Shown here: piece by piece, positions 63,800 through 64,000 of the stretch
Numbering within the stretch: position 1 is the first letter of the stretch
Layout of the letters: every line of letters begins with the position of its first letter
From: Mobula hypostoma
Lineage: Eukaryota
Direction: 5' to 3'
Assembly (NCBI RefSeq): GCF_963921235.1
Contig: NC_086108.1
Span: forward strand, 30,506,001-30,570,000
DNA: 64,000 nucleotides
Notes under the pieces: generated by a model
What the model saw: the letters and a program-made list of their open reading frames with translations, nothing else
Told to the model about the DNA's origin: nothing
Databases searched by the model: none
Program-made: the position numbers and the translations under genes

Positions 63800-63979
63800 C
63801 TGAGGTCTCTAGCAGTTTATTTGATTTGTTGAGGTTGTTACCACGGATGGAACTGTTTTTTTCTCAGCGGCAGTTTTTAAAACCGCACGGGGATGTGGCA
63901 GTGCTTCGAGACAGATGTTGCTTACAATACATCGCACTTGTTGTGGCTAAGAAGGCGGGTCTATACACTTTAGTACCTG
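63800..63979 (+). CDS. Speculative exon 3 (180 bp, phase 1-1)
   Basis: TTCTTACAG| acceptor, G|GTATGT donor, open in the frame set by exon 2; peptide not recognisable. Confidence 0.25.
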
Positions 63980-64000
63980 GTATGTGAATGGAATAAGTGA

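Overview
Eukaryotic vertebrate DNA, most likely from a cartilaginous fish such as a ray (inferred from the repeat mix; not verified). It is not prokaryotic. Most of the window is decayed, nested transposons: CR1 and Rex1/Babar LINEs, an RTE fragment, a full-length but inactivated L1 (29920-35828, 18-bp TSD), tRNA-derived SINEs, Penelope-type remnants with minimal hammerhead-ribozyme motifs, Tc1/Tigger-type DNA elements, two solo LTRs, and a two-LTR non-autonomous Gypsy-type element with a 184-bp interior (51973-55026). Nearly all listed ORFs are TE fragments or noise. The only host-gene signal is at the right end: octamer + TATA promoter, then a spliceable exon 1 (type II transmembrane segment) and a 76-bp exon 2, an arrangement like a TNF-superfamily ligand; identity unconfirmed. 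No clearly new biological system is demonstrable from sequence alone. Best leads are that gene and promoter, the possibly self-priming mini LTR element, short hammerhead-bearing insertions, modular SINEs and repeated snap-back junction fillers. Ends of old elements are approximate.
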